Shown here: piece by piece, positions 39,693 through 51,223 of the stretch
Layout of the letters: the number at the start of each line of letters is the position of its first letter
Position numbering within the stretch: position 1 is the first letter of the stretch
Assembly: GCA_025359845.1 (NCBI GenBank)
Contig: JANYDT010000052.1
Coordinates: 8,325 to 72,324 of the forward strand
Direction: 5' to 3'
From: Acidimicrobiia bacterium
GTDB taxonomy: Bacteria; Actinomycetota; Acidimicrobiia; Acidimicrobiales; JANYDT01
DNA length: 64,000 nucleotides
Notes under the pieces: generated by a model
Told to the model about the DNA's origin: nothing
The model's database searches: none
The model's input: only the letters and a program-made list of their open reading frames with translations
Program-made: the position numbers and the translations under genes

Positions 39693-40396
39693 ACGAGGAG
39701 GAACACGATCGCGGCGATCGGCGCGGCCCGTTTGATGACCGGCGCGCCGGCCGTTTCGAGGATGTTGACCGGCGCGGCCGGCTTGTAGTCGATCTTTCGA
39801 ACCGTGGGCCGTTCCGGCTCACCCAACGGAGCCGCGGCGCCCGAAGCCGGCGCATTCGCGCCTGCGGAACTACCCGCGACGCCGCCAGAACCAGGCGTCG
39901 CTTCGGAAACCGAAGCACTTTCCTTGGCCACGGCGGCCACCGTCTCTTCGGGCGTCGAGAGCACGTCATGTTCGAGGCAGTGGACAAACTGTTCGAGGAG
40001 TTTCTTCGACACGTCCGCCATTACGCCGCGGCCGAACTGCGCCACCTTGCCGGTGACGGTGAGGTCGGTGGTCACCGTGACGTTGGTGCCGGTGCCGACA
40101 CTCACCAAGACGGCCGTGACCGTGGCTGATGCGTTGCCTTGACCCTTCGTGTCCCGGCCCTCCGCCTTCAGCACCGCTTTGTGATTGACGTCATCCTTTT
40201 CGATGAAGCTCGCTTTGCCCTTGTACTGCGCCGTGATGGGGCCAACTTTGATCTTGACCCCGCCCCGGTACTCGCTGCCTTCGACCTCTTCGAGCTGCGC
40301 GCCAGGCATGCAGGGGGCGATGCGTTCTACGTCGGTGAGCACGGCCCACGCCCGCTCAAGGGGCACAGGGACATGGAATTCGTTGGTCAGCTCCAT
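39665..40396 (-). CDS. SRPBCC / CoxG-like carbon monoxide dehydrogenase subunit G family protein with C-terminal extension and TM anchor
   Basis: MELTNEFHVPVPLERAWAVLTDVERIAPCMPGA...GKVAQFGRGVM. The C-terminus AAPIAAIVFLLVWLLRRRKK is hydrophobic then basic. Confidence 0.8.
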   Translation of the reverse strand: MELTNEFHVPVPLERAWAVLTDVERIAPCMPGAQLEEVEGSEYRGGVKIKVGPITAQYKGKASFIEKDDVNHKAVLKAEGRDTKGQGNASATVTAVLVSVGTGTNVTVTTDLTVTGKVAQFGRGVMADVSKKLLEQFVHCLEHDVLSTPEETVAAVAKESASVSEATPGSGGVAGSSAGANAPASGAAAPLGEPERPTVRKIDYKPAAPVNILETAGAPVIKRAAPIAAIVFLLVWLLRRRKK

Positions 40397-40956
40397 CGGG
40401 CGAGATCCTCCAGGGTGTCAATATCAGCGGGCGAACCGGTACACGGTACTTCGACAAGAAGGTCTCGGTGACGGGCCAGGAGCGATCGGGCCCCCGCGTC
40501 GCCAGTCGTCGGAATCTCGGCCCACAGCGACGCGTGGATGGCGACCGGCTGACCGGCCACGCCGTCGTAGGTGGCGGTCGCCAACGGACGCTCCTGGCTC
40601 ACCGCAGCCGCGACGGCGCGCCACGCTTCGGGAGTCAGGAAGGGTTGGTCTCCGAGGCCCACAACTACGGCGTCGTGACTACCGAGGCGGCCCCGTTCGA
40701 CGGCCAGGGCCAGCGACGTGGCCTGGCCCTCCGTCCAGCGATCGTTGTGCAGCACTCGTACGCCGGCCGGGACGGGCAACGCGACCGAGCCCGTGACCAC
40801 GACCAGCTCATCGAAGCCCGCGGCGAGGGCCGCGTCGATGGCCCAGGCTACGACCGGTCGGCCCCTAACCGGCACGAGGAGCTTGTGTTCGGTCGCTCCA
40901 CTCGCCCGAAACCGGGAACCGGCCCCGGCGGCCAGCACGACGGCCATAACGGTCAT
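40387..40956 (-). CDS. Molybdenum cofactor cytidylyltransferase-like nucleotidyltransferase (MocA-type)
   Basis: VLAAGAGSRF...KLLVPVRGRPV...LGDQPFL. A ggaggg RBS precedes the ATG at 40956. Confidence 0.75.
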   Translation of the reverse strand: MTVMAVVLAAGAGSRFRASGATEHKLLVPVRGRPVVAWAIDAALAAGFDELVVVTGSVALPVPAGVRVLHNDRWTEGQATSLALAVERGRLGSHDAVVVGLGDQPFLTPEAWRAVAAAVSQERPLATATYDGVAGQPVAIHASLWAEIPTTGDAGARSLLARHRDLLVEVPCTGSPADIDTLEDLARWS

Positions 40957-40990
40957 CGGGCACCCTCCGGGAACCAAGCCCGCAGAACGG

Positions 40991-41785
40991 TCACCGGCGG
41001 TGGATCGGGCCGTCGGTGTCACGCAACGACGCCACCAACTTTCCCGTCCGCATGGCGATGATCTCGGCCACGATCGCGATAGCGGTCTCCTCCGGCGTGC
41101 GGGCGCCGATGTCGATCCCGATCGGACCCATGACGCGGTCGATGTCGGCCTCGGAAAGGCCCACCTCTCGCAAACGCTCGTTACGTGTCAAGGTCGTTTT
41201 GCGGCTGCCCATCGCCCCGAGGTAGCCCACCTTCGTCATTACCGCCGATTGGATGGCCGGCACGTCGAATTTGGGATCGTGGGTCAGCACGCACACCGCG
41301 TCGAGCGGTCCGAGCGCGGCGCCGTTGGCGGCGAGATAACGGTCGGGCCAGTCGTTGACAACCTCGTCGGCCAGCATGAACCGCTGCTTGGTCGCAAAGA
41401 CGGGACGGGCGTCGCATACGATCACCCGGTAACCGAGCAACTTGGCCGCCCGCACGAGCGCGGCGGTGAAATCGACGGCGCCGAAGATGACCATCCGCGG
41501 TGGGGGAGAAAAGCTCTCGATGAACACGGCCACGCCCTCCTCTCGGCGCGCCTCACCGTGAGTGCCGTAGTGGCGGGTCGAAGTGAGCCCCGAAACGAGT
41601 TCGCCTTCGGCGTCGCGGGCCACGACCCGATCGAGTTCCGGGTGCCCAAGCGTTCCCAGGGGTTCCACACCCGGGCGAACCAACAGCTTGCCCCCTAACG
41701 GGGTGCCGGTGGGCCCTTCGATGATCGTGGCCAGCGCGACAGGCTGCTCGGCCTTGATGGCATCGCGCAGAGCCTCGTAAATCAC
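40991..41785 (-). CDS. XdhC/CoxI family Mo-hydroxylase accessory protein (N-domain + Rossmann C-domain)
   Basis: PVALATIIEGPTGTPLGGKLLV...RMVIFGAVDFTAALVRAAKLLGYRVIVCDARP. The GTG at 41785 forms a GTGA overlap with the upstream stop. Confidence 0.8.
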   Translation of the reverse strand: MIYEALRDAIKAEQPVALATIIEGPTGTPLGGKLLVRPGVEPLGTLGHPELDRVVARDAEGELVSGLTSTRHYGTHGEARREEGVAVFIESFSPPPRMVIFGAVDFTAALVRAAKLLGYRVIVCDARPVFATKQRFMLADEVVNDWPDRYLAANGAALGPLDAVCVLTHDPKFDVPAIQSAVMTKVGYLGAMGSRKTTLTRNERLREVGLSEADIDRVMGPIGIDIGARTPEETAIAIVAEIIAMRTGKLVASLRDTDGPIHRR

Positions 41786-42108
41786 CAATTGAGTTCCTCT
41801 ATGAAGAGATGGATCGTGCCGCCACAGGTCAGGCCGACGGCGAACGCGTCGTCGTCGCTGTAGCCAAATGTCACGATCCCGGGCGGGCGGGTGCCGTCGA
41901 GAATCGAGAGTGCTTCCGTCAGCACGGCGCCCTCGACGCATCCTCCCGAGACGGAGCCGGCCACCTCGCCGCTATCGCTCACGGCCATAGTCGCCCCCGG
42001 ATCGCGCGGGCCCGATCCTTCGACCTCGACCACACGAGCCACGGCCACCCGCTTGCCTTGCTTGCGCCACCGCTCGATGTCGTTCAACACTTCCTTCACG
42101 GCTCCCAC
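41782..42108 (-). CDS. XdhC/CoxI N-terminal-domain-only protein
   Basis: RVAVARVVEVEGSGPRDPGATMAV...GSVSGGCVEG...GLTCGGTIHLFIE. Confidence 0.8.
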   Translation of the reverse strand: MGAVKEVLNDIERWRKQGKRVAVARVVEVEGSGPRDPGATMAVSDSGEVAGSVSGGCVEGAVLTEALSILDGTRPPGIVTFGYSDDDAFAVGLTCGGTIHLFIEELNW

Positions 42109-42226
42109 CTTCTCACGCCCCGATCACTCGCTCGTACCCCACGACTTCCGGATTGCGCCGGTTTGGGCCGTTTGAGGCCCACCGCCACCCGACGCAGGTC
42201 GAGCCGGCTGCTCACCCGGCCATTGC

Positions 42227-43438
42227 TCACGCCGCGATTACCTGGGCGAGTTCTTGGAGAGACGCCAGTGAGTGCCCTTCGACGAACGCGTCGACATGGG
42301 GAAGGGCGGCCGCCATCCCACGAGCTAGGGGCGCGTAGCCGGGCGCAGCTTTGAGCGGATTCACCCAGATAACCCGGAACGCGACGCGGTGAAGACGGGC
42401 CATCTGCTCGGCCAGGAGCTCGGGCTCGCCCCTGTCCCACCCGTCCGACAAAATCACGACGATCGCGCTGCGGGCCATCCCTCGGACACCCCACTGGTCG
42501 TTGAAGGCGCGCAGCCCCTCGCCCAGTCGGGTCCCTCCCGACCAATCGAGTACCCGTTTGGCGGCCTTGGCCAAAGCCTCGTCGGGGTTACGGGAACTGA
42601 GTTCACGGGTGATTCGGGTGAGCCGGGTGCCGAGCGCAAAGGCCTCGACCCGCCCCCGGCCGACCACCGCGGCCTGGCAGAAACGCACCAGGGCTCGGGC
42701 GTAACTCTCCATCGACCCGGACACGTCGCACAGCAACACTATGCGGCGAGGTTTCAGACTCTCGGTAAGAAAGTGGCGTCGGATGGGCACGCCGTCGGAA
42801 CGCAGCGCCCGGCGCACGGTACGGCGCAGATCGGGACGGCCCTTGACCCGCGAACCCGTCGCCGGCACGAGACGGCGACAGCGGCGAGGCGATCCGTTCA
42901 GTCTGAGCGACGCCATCACCTCTCGGGCTTCAGCGAACTCTTCGGCGGTGTAATCGGCGAAGTCTTTATCGCGCAGAACTTCCTGGCCCGACCATCGCAC
43001 CGCCAACGTGTCGTCGGAAGGCCCGTCGTCTTCGCCCTCGCCCTCGGCCGGCGGTTCGTCGTCGGCATCGAGGGCCAAAGTGATCTGGTGGACCATCTCG
43101 GGCCCCGGCTCGGTTCCGACCATGCGGGCCAACCAGAAGGCCGCAAACGCCCTGTCGAACAACGCGATGTCTTCAGGACGACGCACTAGAACTGCCCGAC
43201 CGGCCCAATAGACGTGCTGACGGCTTTCCAATCCCACCGCCGCCAACGCCTCCGCGAACGTGATCACATTGCCCAGCGCGACCGGCAGGCCGGCCGCCCG
43301 CAACGCCACCGCGAAGGCGACCGCCATCCGTTCGGCTGTCGTGTTGGGCGCATCGAGCGCCAGCGCGGGACGGGCCGGAACCGCGTTCGGGGCGAGAGCT
43401 TGAAGCACATCGCCAAAGTTGAAGGACATGGCGGCCAT
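42227..43438 (-). CDS. VWA domain-containing protein (CoxE-like)
   Basis: RIVLLCDVSGSMESY (MIDAS region). The ATG at 43438 is 7 nt after the MoxR stop. Confidence 0.8.
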   Translation of the reverse strand: MAAMSFNFGDVLQALAPNAVPARPALALDAPNTTAERMAVAFAVALRAAGLPVALGNVITFAEALAAVGLESRQHVYWAGRAVLVRRPEDIALFDRAFAAFWLARMVGTEPGPEMVHQITLALDADDEPPAEGEGEDDGPSDDTLAVRWSGQEVLRDKDFADYTAEEFAEAREVMASLRLNGSPRRCRRLVPATGSRVKGRPDLRRTVRRALRSDGVPIRRHFLTESLKPRRIVLLCDVSGSMESYARALVRFCQAAVVGRGRVEAFALGTRLTRITRELSSRNPDEALAKAAKRVLDWSGGTRLGEGLRAFNDQWGVRGMARSAIVVILSDGWDRGEPELLAEQMARLHRVAFRVIWVNPLKAAPGYAPLARGMAAALPHVDAFVEGHSLASLQELAQVIAA

Positions 43439-43445
43439 GGCCTGG

Positions 43446-44360
43446 CTACCCGGCTCGCAAGACTGCGGCACGTACCAATTCAGCCACGCCATGCTGCTGC
43501 AACCGGTCGGCATCTTCGCGGTACTTCAGAACCGATCCAAGCGTGGCCACGACGGATTTCTCGTCGAGCTGCGACCGGCCCAACGCGGCCAAAGCCGAGG
43601 CCCAGTCGATCGATTCGGCCACGCCGGGAGGCTTGAACAACTCGAGGGTACGCATGGTCTCGACCGCGGCCGCCACTTGACGAGCGAGAGGTTCAGCCAC
43701 CTGAGGCGCTCGGAGGCGAACTATGGCTACCTCCCGCTCGAAGCCCGGATGCTCAACCCAGTGGTAGAGGCAGCGCCGCTTGAGGGCGTCGTGGACGTCG
43801 CGTGTGCGGTTGGAGGTGAGAATCACCAGCGGCGGCGTCTGGGCCGTGAACGTGCCGAGCTCGGGGACGGTGATCGAGTAATCGGACAGCACTTCCAGCA
43901 GGAAGGCCTCGAACTCGTCGTCGGCCCTGTCGACCTCGTCGATGAGCAGCACGGGCACCGGTCCTTCGCCATGGGCGATGGCCCGCAACAATGGCCGCCG
44001 CACCAGGAAGCGCTCCGAATACAGCTCGTTTTCGGCTTCGGCGGCCGAGCCGACGGCCTCGGCCGCTCGGAGATGCAGGAGTTGGCGGGCGTAGTCCCAT
44101 TCGTAGACGGCCTGGGCCACATCGATGCCTTCGTAACACTGCAACCGCAGCAGCTCACCGCCCGTCCATCGCGACAACACCTTGGCCACTTCGGTCTTGC
44201 CCACGCCGGCTTCGCCTTCGAGCAACAGCGGGCGGCGCAGTGCGATCGCGAGGAAGATCACCGTAGCCAGGCCTTCGTCGGCCAGATAGCCGTGGGCCCC
44301 CAGGGCGGCGCGCACTTCGTCTACGGACGCGGCGCTCGAGACGACGGATTGATGGGTCAC
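43446..44360 (-). CDS. MoxR-family AAA+ ATPase (CoxD-like)
   Basis: LLLEGEAGVGKT Walker A, VLLIDEVDRA Walker B. Confidence 0.9.
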   Translation of the reverse strand: MTHQSVVSSAASVDEVRAALGAHGYLADEGLATVIFLAIALRRPLLLEGEAGVGKTEVAKVLSRWTGGELLRLQCYEGIDVAQAVYEWDYARQLLHLRAAEAVGSAAEAENELYSERFLVRRPLLRAIAHGEGPVPVLLIDEVDRADDEFEAFLLEVLSDYSITVPELGTFTAQTPPLVILTSNRTRDVHDALKRRCLYHWVEHPGFEREVAIVRLRAPQVAEPLARQVAAAVETMRTLELFKPPGVAESIDWASALAALGRSQLDEKSVVATLGSVLKYREDADRLQQHGVAELVRAAVLRAG

Positions 44361-44423
44361 GAAAGCACAAGGTTAGTGCCGGGGTTGGGCATCTCGGCCA
44401 CTCCTCACTATCGTTACGTGTTT

Positions 44424-45677
44424 ATGCCCCGCATGCGCTTCGGCGCCTTTGTCGCACCCCATCATCCGGTCGGGGAGCATCCGATGCTCCAGTTCCGACG
44501 CGATCTCGATCTCGCCGAGCAACTCGACAAACTTGGGCTCGACGAGTTCTGGTGCGGAGAACACCATTCGAGCGGATGGGAGATGATCGGATCACCCGAG
44601 ATGTTCCTGGCCGCGGCGGGCGAACGGACCCACCGAATCATGCTTGGTACCGGCGTAACTTCCCTGCCGTACCACCACCCGTTCAACGTCGCCCAGCGAC
44701 TCGCCCAGCTCGACCAAATGACCGGTGGACGGGCCATGTTCGGCTCAGGGCCGGGCGCGTTGCCCTCCGATGCCCGCACGCTCAACATCGATCCCATGAC
44801 GCAGCGCGACCGTCAGGACGAAGCTCTCGGCGTCATCATTCGGCTCTTGAACGGAGAGGAGCGCTTCGATTACAAGAGTGAATGGTTCGAGTTACGGGAA
44901 GCCGCGATTCAGATTCTGCCACTCCAGGAAAAGCTACCGATGGTGACGGCATCGTCGATCAGCCCATCGGGAATGAAGATCGCCGGAAAGTATGGTATCG
45001 GCGTCTTGTCCATCGCCTCCAACTCCACCGAAGGCCTGCTCGCCCTTCCCACCCAATGGGCGTTCGCGGAAGAGTCTGCAGTCCAGCACGGGTCATCCGT
45101 AAACCGCGCCGACTGGCGAGTGATGATGGCCTTTCACCTGGCCGAAACGGAGGAGCAGGCCCGACGCGAAGCCGTCGATGGACTGGCGCGTTGGAACAAT
45201 GAATACAACTACCGCATACTCGGACGCCCCGACGCGGTGCATTACGACGACAAATGGGAGTTGATGGATCGCACCGCGGGCGGGCCTACTGCAGCCGGGA
45301 CGGCCGTCATCGGAACACCTGATCAGCTGGTTGCGTCGATCCGCTCACTTCAGAAAACTGTCGGCGGATTCGGGGCCGTGATCGGATTCGCCCACGACTG
45401 GGCCAATCGGGAGGCCACGCAACGCAGCTGGGACCTCTTGGCCCGTTACGTCGTGCCCGAGATCAACGGATACACCCGATCGATGCGTGAGTCGAGCGAA
45501 TATCTCGTGAAGCACCAGGCCACACTCATGGCCGGGGCCAGCGCCGCGATCGTCGCCCAGATCAAGCGTGACCCGAAGGCCAAGGAGGCGATGGCCATCA
45601 CCATCGCCCAACGGTCCACTGCCGGAGCGGGCTCTTCGGCCGCCGCGGCGGCCGCGTTGGCGGCCGACCACGGTTGA
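44424..45677 (+). CDS. LLM-class flavin/F420-dependent oxidoreductase
   Basis: MRFGAFVAPHHP...LGLDEFWCGEHHS...TSLPYHHPFNVAQRLAQLDQMTGGRAMFGSG. The upstream part of the listed 752-aa ORF is an antisense shadow of the MoxR gene. Confidence 0.85.
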   Translation: MPRMRFGAFVAPHHPVGEHPMLQFRRDLDLAEQLDKLGLDEFWCGEHHSSGWEMIGSPEMFLAAAGERTHRIMLGTGVTSLPYHHPFNVAQRLAQLDQMTGGRAMFGSGPGALPSDARTLNIDPMTQRDRQDEALGVIIRLLNGEERFDYKSEWFELREAAIQILPLQEKLPMVTASSISPSGMKIAGKYGIGVLSIASNSTEGLLALPTQWAFAEESAVQHGSSVNRADWRVMMAFHLAETEEQARREAVDGLARWNNEYNYRILGRPDAVHYDDKWELMDRTAGGPTAAGTAVIGTPDQLVASIRSLQKTVGGFGAVIGFAHDWANREATQRSWDLLARYVVPEINGYTRSMRESSEYLVKHQATLMAGASAAIVAQIKRDPKAKEAMAITIAQRSTAGAGSSAAAAAALAADHG

Positions 45678-45725
45678 CGATTTCCGGTTAGAGCAGTTTC
45701 AGGCGTGATCCGCCGGAGGGGTGCG

Positions 45726-46547
45726 CTACGCGCACTCCTCCAGAGCTCGACGCACCAAGACGCGAGCCAAGTGTTGGCGGTACTCGACTGAAGCGTTGAG
45801 GTCAGCCGGCGGCTCGCAGCCGTCGGCGGCGTGGGCGGCCGCATCGGCGGCTGAAGCACCCGATGCGACGGCCGACTCGACCGTGGAAGCGCGGATCGGG
45901 GTGGAGCCCATGTTCACAAGCCCGACGCCCGACTTGGCGCCCAGTTTCCAGGCGGCCACGCCCACGATCGCCCAGTCCTGGGCCCGGCGGTTGAACTTCT
46001 GGAAGCTCACTTTGGCGCCGGTGATCTTGGGCACCCGGATCTCCGTGAGGAGTTCGTCGGCGGCTAAGGCCGTGGTGAGAAAGCCCTGGAAAAAATCGGA
46101 AGCGGCGATGGTCCGCTCCCCCTTGGGGCCCTTCACCACGAATGAGCCGCCGAGGGCCAGCACCGTGGCCGGGAGGTCGGAGGCGGGGTCGCCGTGGGCG
46201 ATCGAGCCGCCGATGGTGCCGCGGTGGCGGACCTGGTTGTCGCCCACTTCGCCGGCCGCCAGCGCCAGCAGCGAAACGTGCTGCTTCAACATCTCGCTGA
46301 TCTCGACGTCACGGTGACGGGTGAGGGCACCGATGGCGATGTGGTCACCGGCGTCGCGAATATACGACAAGTCCTTTACTCGGCCGATGTCAACGAGGAC
46401 TGACGGCGAGGCGAGACGGAGCTTCAGCAGAGGAAGAAGCGAATGCCCACCGGCGAGCAACTTGGCGTCTTCGCCGTGGGTAACGAGTTGAGCGACGGCG
46501 GCATCGGCCGAATCGACGCGGACGTAATCAAAGGCTGCGGGGATCAC
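45726..46547 (-). CDS. Xanthine dehydrogenase/CoxM-family FAD-binding subunit (second copy)
   Basis: AKLLAGGHSLLPLLKLR...RHRGTIGGSIAHGDPASDLP. The GTG at 46547 follows a gaggag RBS. Confidence 0.85.
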   Translation of the reverse strand: MIPAAFDYVRVDSADAAVAQLVTHGEDAKLLAGGHSLLPLLKLRLASPSVLVDIGRVKDLSYIRDAGDHIAIGALTRHRDVEISEMLKQHVSLLALAAGEVGDNQVRHRGTIGGSIAHGDPASDLPATVLALGGSFVVKGPKGERTIAASDFFQGFLTTALAADELLTEIRVPKITGAKVSFQKFNRRAQDWAIVGVAAWKLGAKSGVGLVNMGSTPIRASTVESAVASGASAADAAAHAADGCEPPADLNASVEYRQHLARVLVRRALEECA

Positions 46548-46557
46548 GAGTAACTCC

Positions 46558-47013
46558 TCAGTTGCTAGCAGCCGCGAGCACGGCCTTGACGATGTTGTGG
46601 TAGCCGGTGCAGCGGCACAGGTTGCCTTCGAGTCCCAGGCGCACCTCGCGCTCCGTCGGATGGGGGTTCTCATCGAGAAGACCGATCGCGGCCATGACCA
46701 TGCCGGGCGTGCAATACCCGCACTGGAGCGCGTGGTTCTGGCGGAACGCCTCTTGCATGGGATGCAGCACGCCGTCTTTGGCGAGACCTTCGATGGTCGT
46801 AAGTGCTTGCCCATCGGCCTGCACCGCCAGCACCGTGCAACTCTTCACCGACTCGCCGTTCATATGGATCGTGCAGGCACCGCACGAGCTGGTGTCGCAG
46901 CCGACGTTGGTTCCTGTTAATCCGCAGTTCTCACGAATGAAGTGCACGAGCAACGTGCGGGGCTCCACGTCGTGAGAGTGGGTTTGGCCATTGATGGTCA
47001 TCGAGACTTGCAC
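46558..47013 (-). CDS. (2Fe-2S)-binding small subunit (second copy)
   Basis: [29 protein letters not shown]. Confidence 0.9.
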   Translation of the reverse strand: MQVSMTINGQTHSHDVEPRTLLVHFIRENCGLTGTNVGCDTSSCGACTIHMNGESVKSCTVLAVQADGQALTTIEGLAKDGVLHPMQEAFRQNHALQCGYCTPGMVMAAIGLLDENPHPTEREVRLGLEGNLCRCTGYHNIVKAVLAAASN

Positions 47014-47103
47014 GGAGGCGTTCTAGCACGAGTAGTGACGGTCACGCCATGTCCGCGGGTGAGCACGCCGCGACTCCCGAGCCGGCCGGGCGCTCGCCGG
47101 GGC

Positions 47104-48824
<1,721 letters not shown>

Positions 48825-48878
48825 TCAAGCACCACGAAATAGCACGAACGTTAGTTCGCCACCTTCAACCGTCGCGGA

Positions 48879-50120
48879 ATGCCTACATTCATGACTATGA
48901 CCTCCCTTCCCGGTAACCCCCACGACGTGGTCAATTTCGACGACGTTGTCACCGCCCGGGCGAGACTCGTTGGGGTCATTCGCCCGACGCCGAGCCGGTT
49001 GGCCGACGCCATTTCGCGAGCCGTCGGACGCGCCGTGATCTTGAAACCCGAGCATATCCAACGCACCGGTTCGTTCAAGATCCGTGGGGCCTACAACTGC
49101 ATCAGTCAGCTGCCGCCGGGAGCCGCCGTAGTGGCCGCTTCTGCTGGAAACCATGCCCAAGGCGTGGCCCTGGCCTCGCGATTGACCCATCGATCGGCCA
49201 CCATCTTCATGCCCGACAACGCTTCGCTGCCGAAGATGCAAGCAACCCAAGACTACGGCGCAACCGTTCTTTTCGGGGGCCCGACATTGGACGATTGCCT
49301 CGACGCAGCCAGAAATCTCGCGGCCGACACCGGCGCCATTTTCGTTCCCCCGTTTGACCATCCGCACGTAATTGCGGGGCAGGGAACGGTTGGACTCGAG
49401 ATCGCCGACGAGGTGCGCGAACCGGCTGTCGTGCTCGTTCCGATCGGCGGCGGAGGACTGATCTCCGGCACGGCCCTCGCCCTAGCGGCCGTCCGCCAAG
49501 ACCTCCCGGTGGTCGGGATCGAGGCGGAAGGAGCGGCGTCAATGCGTCGATCGCTCGATCTCGGCACGCTCACGCGGCTCCCGTCGGTAGCCACCATGGC
49601 CGACGGCATTGCCTTGAAGGCGCCATCCGAACTCACCTTGGCGCTCACCCGGCGCTACGTCACAGATGTCGTGACCGTGACCGAGGAGGAGATCAGCCAG
49701 GCCGTCCTGCTCCTCCTGGAGCGGGCCAAAGCCGTGGTCGAGCCTAGCGGCGCCGTGGGACTGGCCGCCGTCATGGCCGGCAAGGTCGCGGGGAACGGCC
49801 CCGTGGTCGTCGTTGTTTCGGGCGGCAACGTCGATCCGCTGCTCCTCACCCACATCGTTCAACATGGCCTCTCGGCGGCCGGGCGCTACCTCCGGCTGCG
49901 GGTGGTCTTCGCCGACCGTCCTGGCTCGCTGGCGGCCTTGACGGCCGAAGTGGCCCGGCTCGGCCTGAATGTGCTCGATGTGGATCACCATCGCACCGGG
50001 GCCGGGCTCGGCATCGATCAAGTCGAGGTGGAACTCACTGTCGAAACTCGCAACCCCGGCCATTCGGCTGAAGTGCAAGAAGCCTTGGCCGCCCAAGGGT
50101 TCACGGCCACGCTGAGGTAG
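48879..50120 (+). CDS. ilvA: Threonine ammonia-lyase (PLP-dependent, C-terminal ACT-like domain)
   Basis: SFKIRGA PLP-lysine motif, GGGGLISG. Confidence 0.85.
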   Translation: MPTFMTMTSLPGNPHDVVNFDDVVTARARLVGVIRPTPSRLADAISRAVGRAVILKPEHIQRTGSFKIRGAYNCISQLPPGAAVVAASAGNHAQGVALASRLTHRSATIFMPDNASLPKMQATQDYGATVLFGGPTLDDCLDAARNLAADTGAIFVPPFDHPHVIAGQGTVGLEIADEVREPAVVLVPIGGGGLISGTALALAAVRQDLPVVGIEAEGAASMRRSLDLGTLTRLPSVATMADGIALKAPSELTLALTRRYVTDVVTVTEEEISQAVLLLLERAKAVVEPSGAVGLAAVMAGKVAGNGPVVVVVSGGNVDPLLLTHIVQHGLSAAGRYLRLRVVFADRPGSLAALTAEVARLGLNVLDVDHHRTGAGLGIDQVEVELTVETRNPGHSAEVQEALAAQGFTATLR

Positions 50121-51198
50121 GAGGCTTCCGTTTGGCCCGCGCCCAATTGGCCACGACATCGGCGGAGGTCTCGATCTTGGCATCGAAACCTTCCCGAGGA
50201 AACACCCAAGGGTGTCGATATACCAATTTGTCGTGCTGTGATTGGGCGATATCGGCCAGCGTGAACCAGCCGTTCTCGGCTCCAATGCAGGCGTGGAAAA
50301 CGACCTGTAGCAGCAGATCGCCGAGTTCGTCTTGAAAATGGTCGATCGCTTGACCGCTCGGTTCTGCACCATCGGCCCCGAGCTCCGCGATGGCCTCGGC
50401 CACCTCATGGGCCTCCTCGATGGCGAACCCGGCCAGCGACGCGTGGGTTTGCTCTCGATCCCACGGACAGGCCAACCGCAATCGATGCATGAGTTCATCC
50501 AAACGGACCAGCTCATTGGCCACCGGCGCCGTCAGTCGGGGGATATATACCGATGTGAGGTGATCGGGCTCTATCGCTCGATCAAGGTCGGCCCAGGCCA
50601 CCGCGCGCACAGACTCGTCGGGTAATCCGAGCCGTTGCAGCACCATAACCGGGCCAGACGGTGGCCCTTCGACCGACAGCTTCATATCGGAGAGAACCGC
50701 CCTCGAGTGACATTGCGTCACCAGCAAAGGGCCCCGGTCGCCGGCCGCCTGGGTCGCGAATCGATGGCCGTCGATGATCCTGACACCCTCGGCCAGCGGA
50801 TCGACGCCGAGTCGGCTCCAGGCCAGATCGACGAACGAAAGGGCGGGCTGAATCTCCAGCTCGATCCCGTGAAGGGGAGCCTCCTTGCGCAGCATTTCAA
50901 CAGTTCGTTCGGCCACCATCGGTGATCCGGGCACGGCGTACAGCACCTCGCGCCCGTCCGGCCCCGCCGAAGCGGATGCGATCAATTCGTCGACGATGCC
51001 CCGGTACACCGCTTCGAAGGTGTCACCCGACTCGTAGAGCGCATCGAACGCGGTAGCTCCGACCACGCCGGCAGCGGCGCTATGACGGGCCGTGCGCAAG
51101 AATTTGGTCGGCACGCGGTGGATGGCGGCCGACGCCTCCCCAGTGAGGAACTCCGGTCCGGCCGGTCCGAGCCCGACGATGACTATTCGCCCAGCCAC
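50101..51198 (-). CDS. mazG: Tetrapyrrole-methylase-like domain fused to a MazG nucleoside triphosphate pyrophosphohydrolase domain (YabN-type architecture)
   Basis: N-terminal IVIVGLGPAGPEFLT...LYAVPGSPMVAE. C-terminal LRLACPWDREQTHASL..EEAHEVAEAI..ELGDLLLQVVFH. A GTG start at 51198 is inferred. Confidence 0.75.
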   Translation of the reverse strand: MAGRIVIVGLGPAGPEFLTGEASAAIHRVPTKFLRTARHSAAAGVVGATAFDALYESGDTFEAVYRGIVDELIASASAGPDGREVLYAVPGSPMVAERTVEMLRKEAPLHGIELEIQPALSFVDLAWSRLGVDPLAEGVRIIDGHRFATQAAGDRGPLLVTQCHSRAVLSDMKLSVEGPPSGPVMVLQRLGLPDESVRAVAWADLDRAIEPDHLTSVYIPRLTAPVANELVRLDELMHRLRLACPWDREQTHASLAGFAIEEAHEVAEAIAELGADGAEPSGQAIDHFQDELGDLLLQVVFHACIGAENGWFTLADIAQSQHDKLVYRHPWVFPREGFDAKIETSADVVANWARAKRKPPTSAWP

Positions 51199-51223
51199 GA
51201 TCAGAAGGGCGACGACGCGAAGA

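Noticed and set aside
42227-44360. MoxR AAA+ / VWA pair as a stand-alone defence or stress module
   Set aside because: The pair is embedded between XdhC-type and FAD/FeS subunit genes. It is therefore best explained as CoxD/CoxE-like maturation factors.
43419-44423. N-terminal part of the listed 752-aa plus-strand ORF
   Set aside because: It is an antisense shadow of the MoxR gene. The LLM oxidoreductase sequence starts at the ATG at 44424.
47033-47043. gtgacggtcac palindrome upstream of the second FeS subunit gene as an operator
   Set aside because: It is a single short palindrome with no second copy or known cognate regulator in the window, so the evidence is too weak to call.
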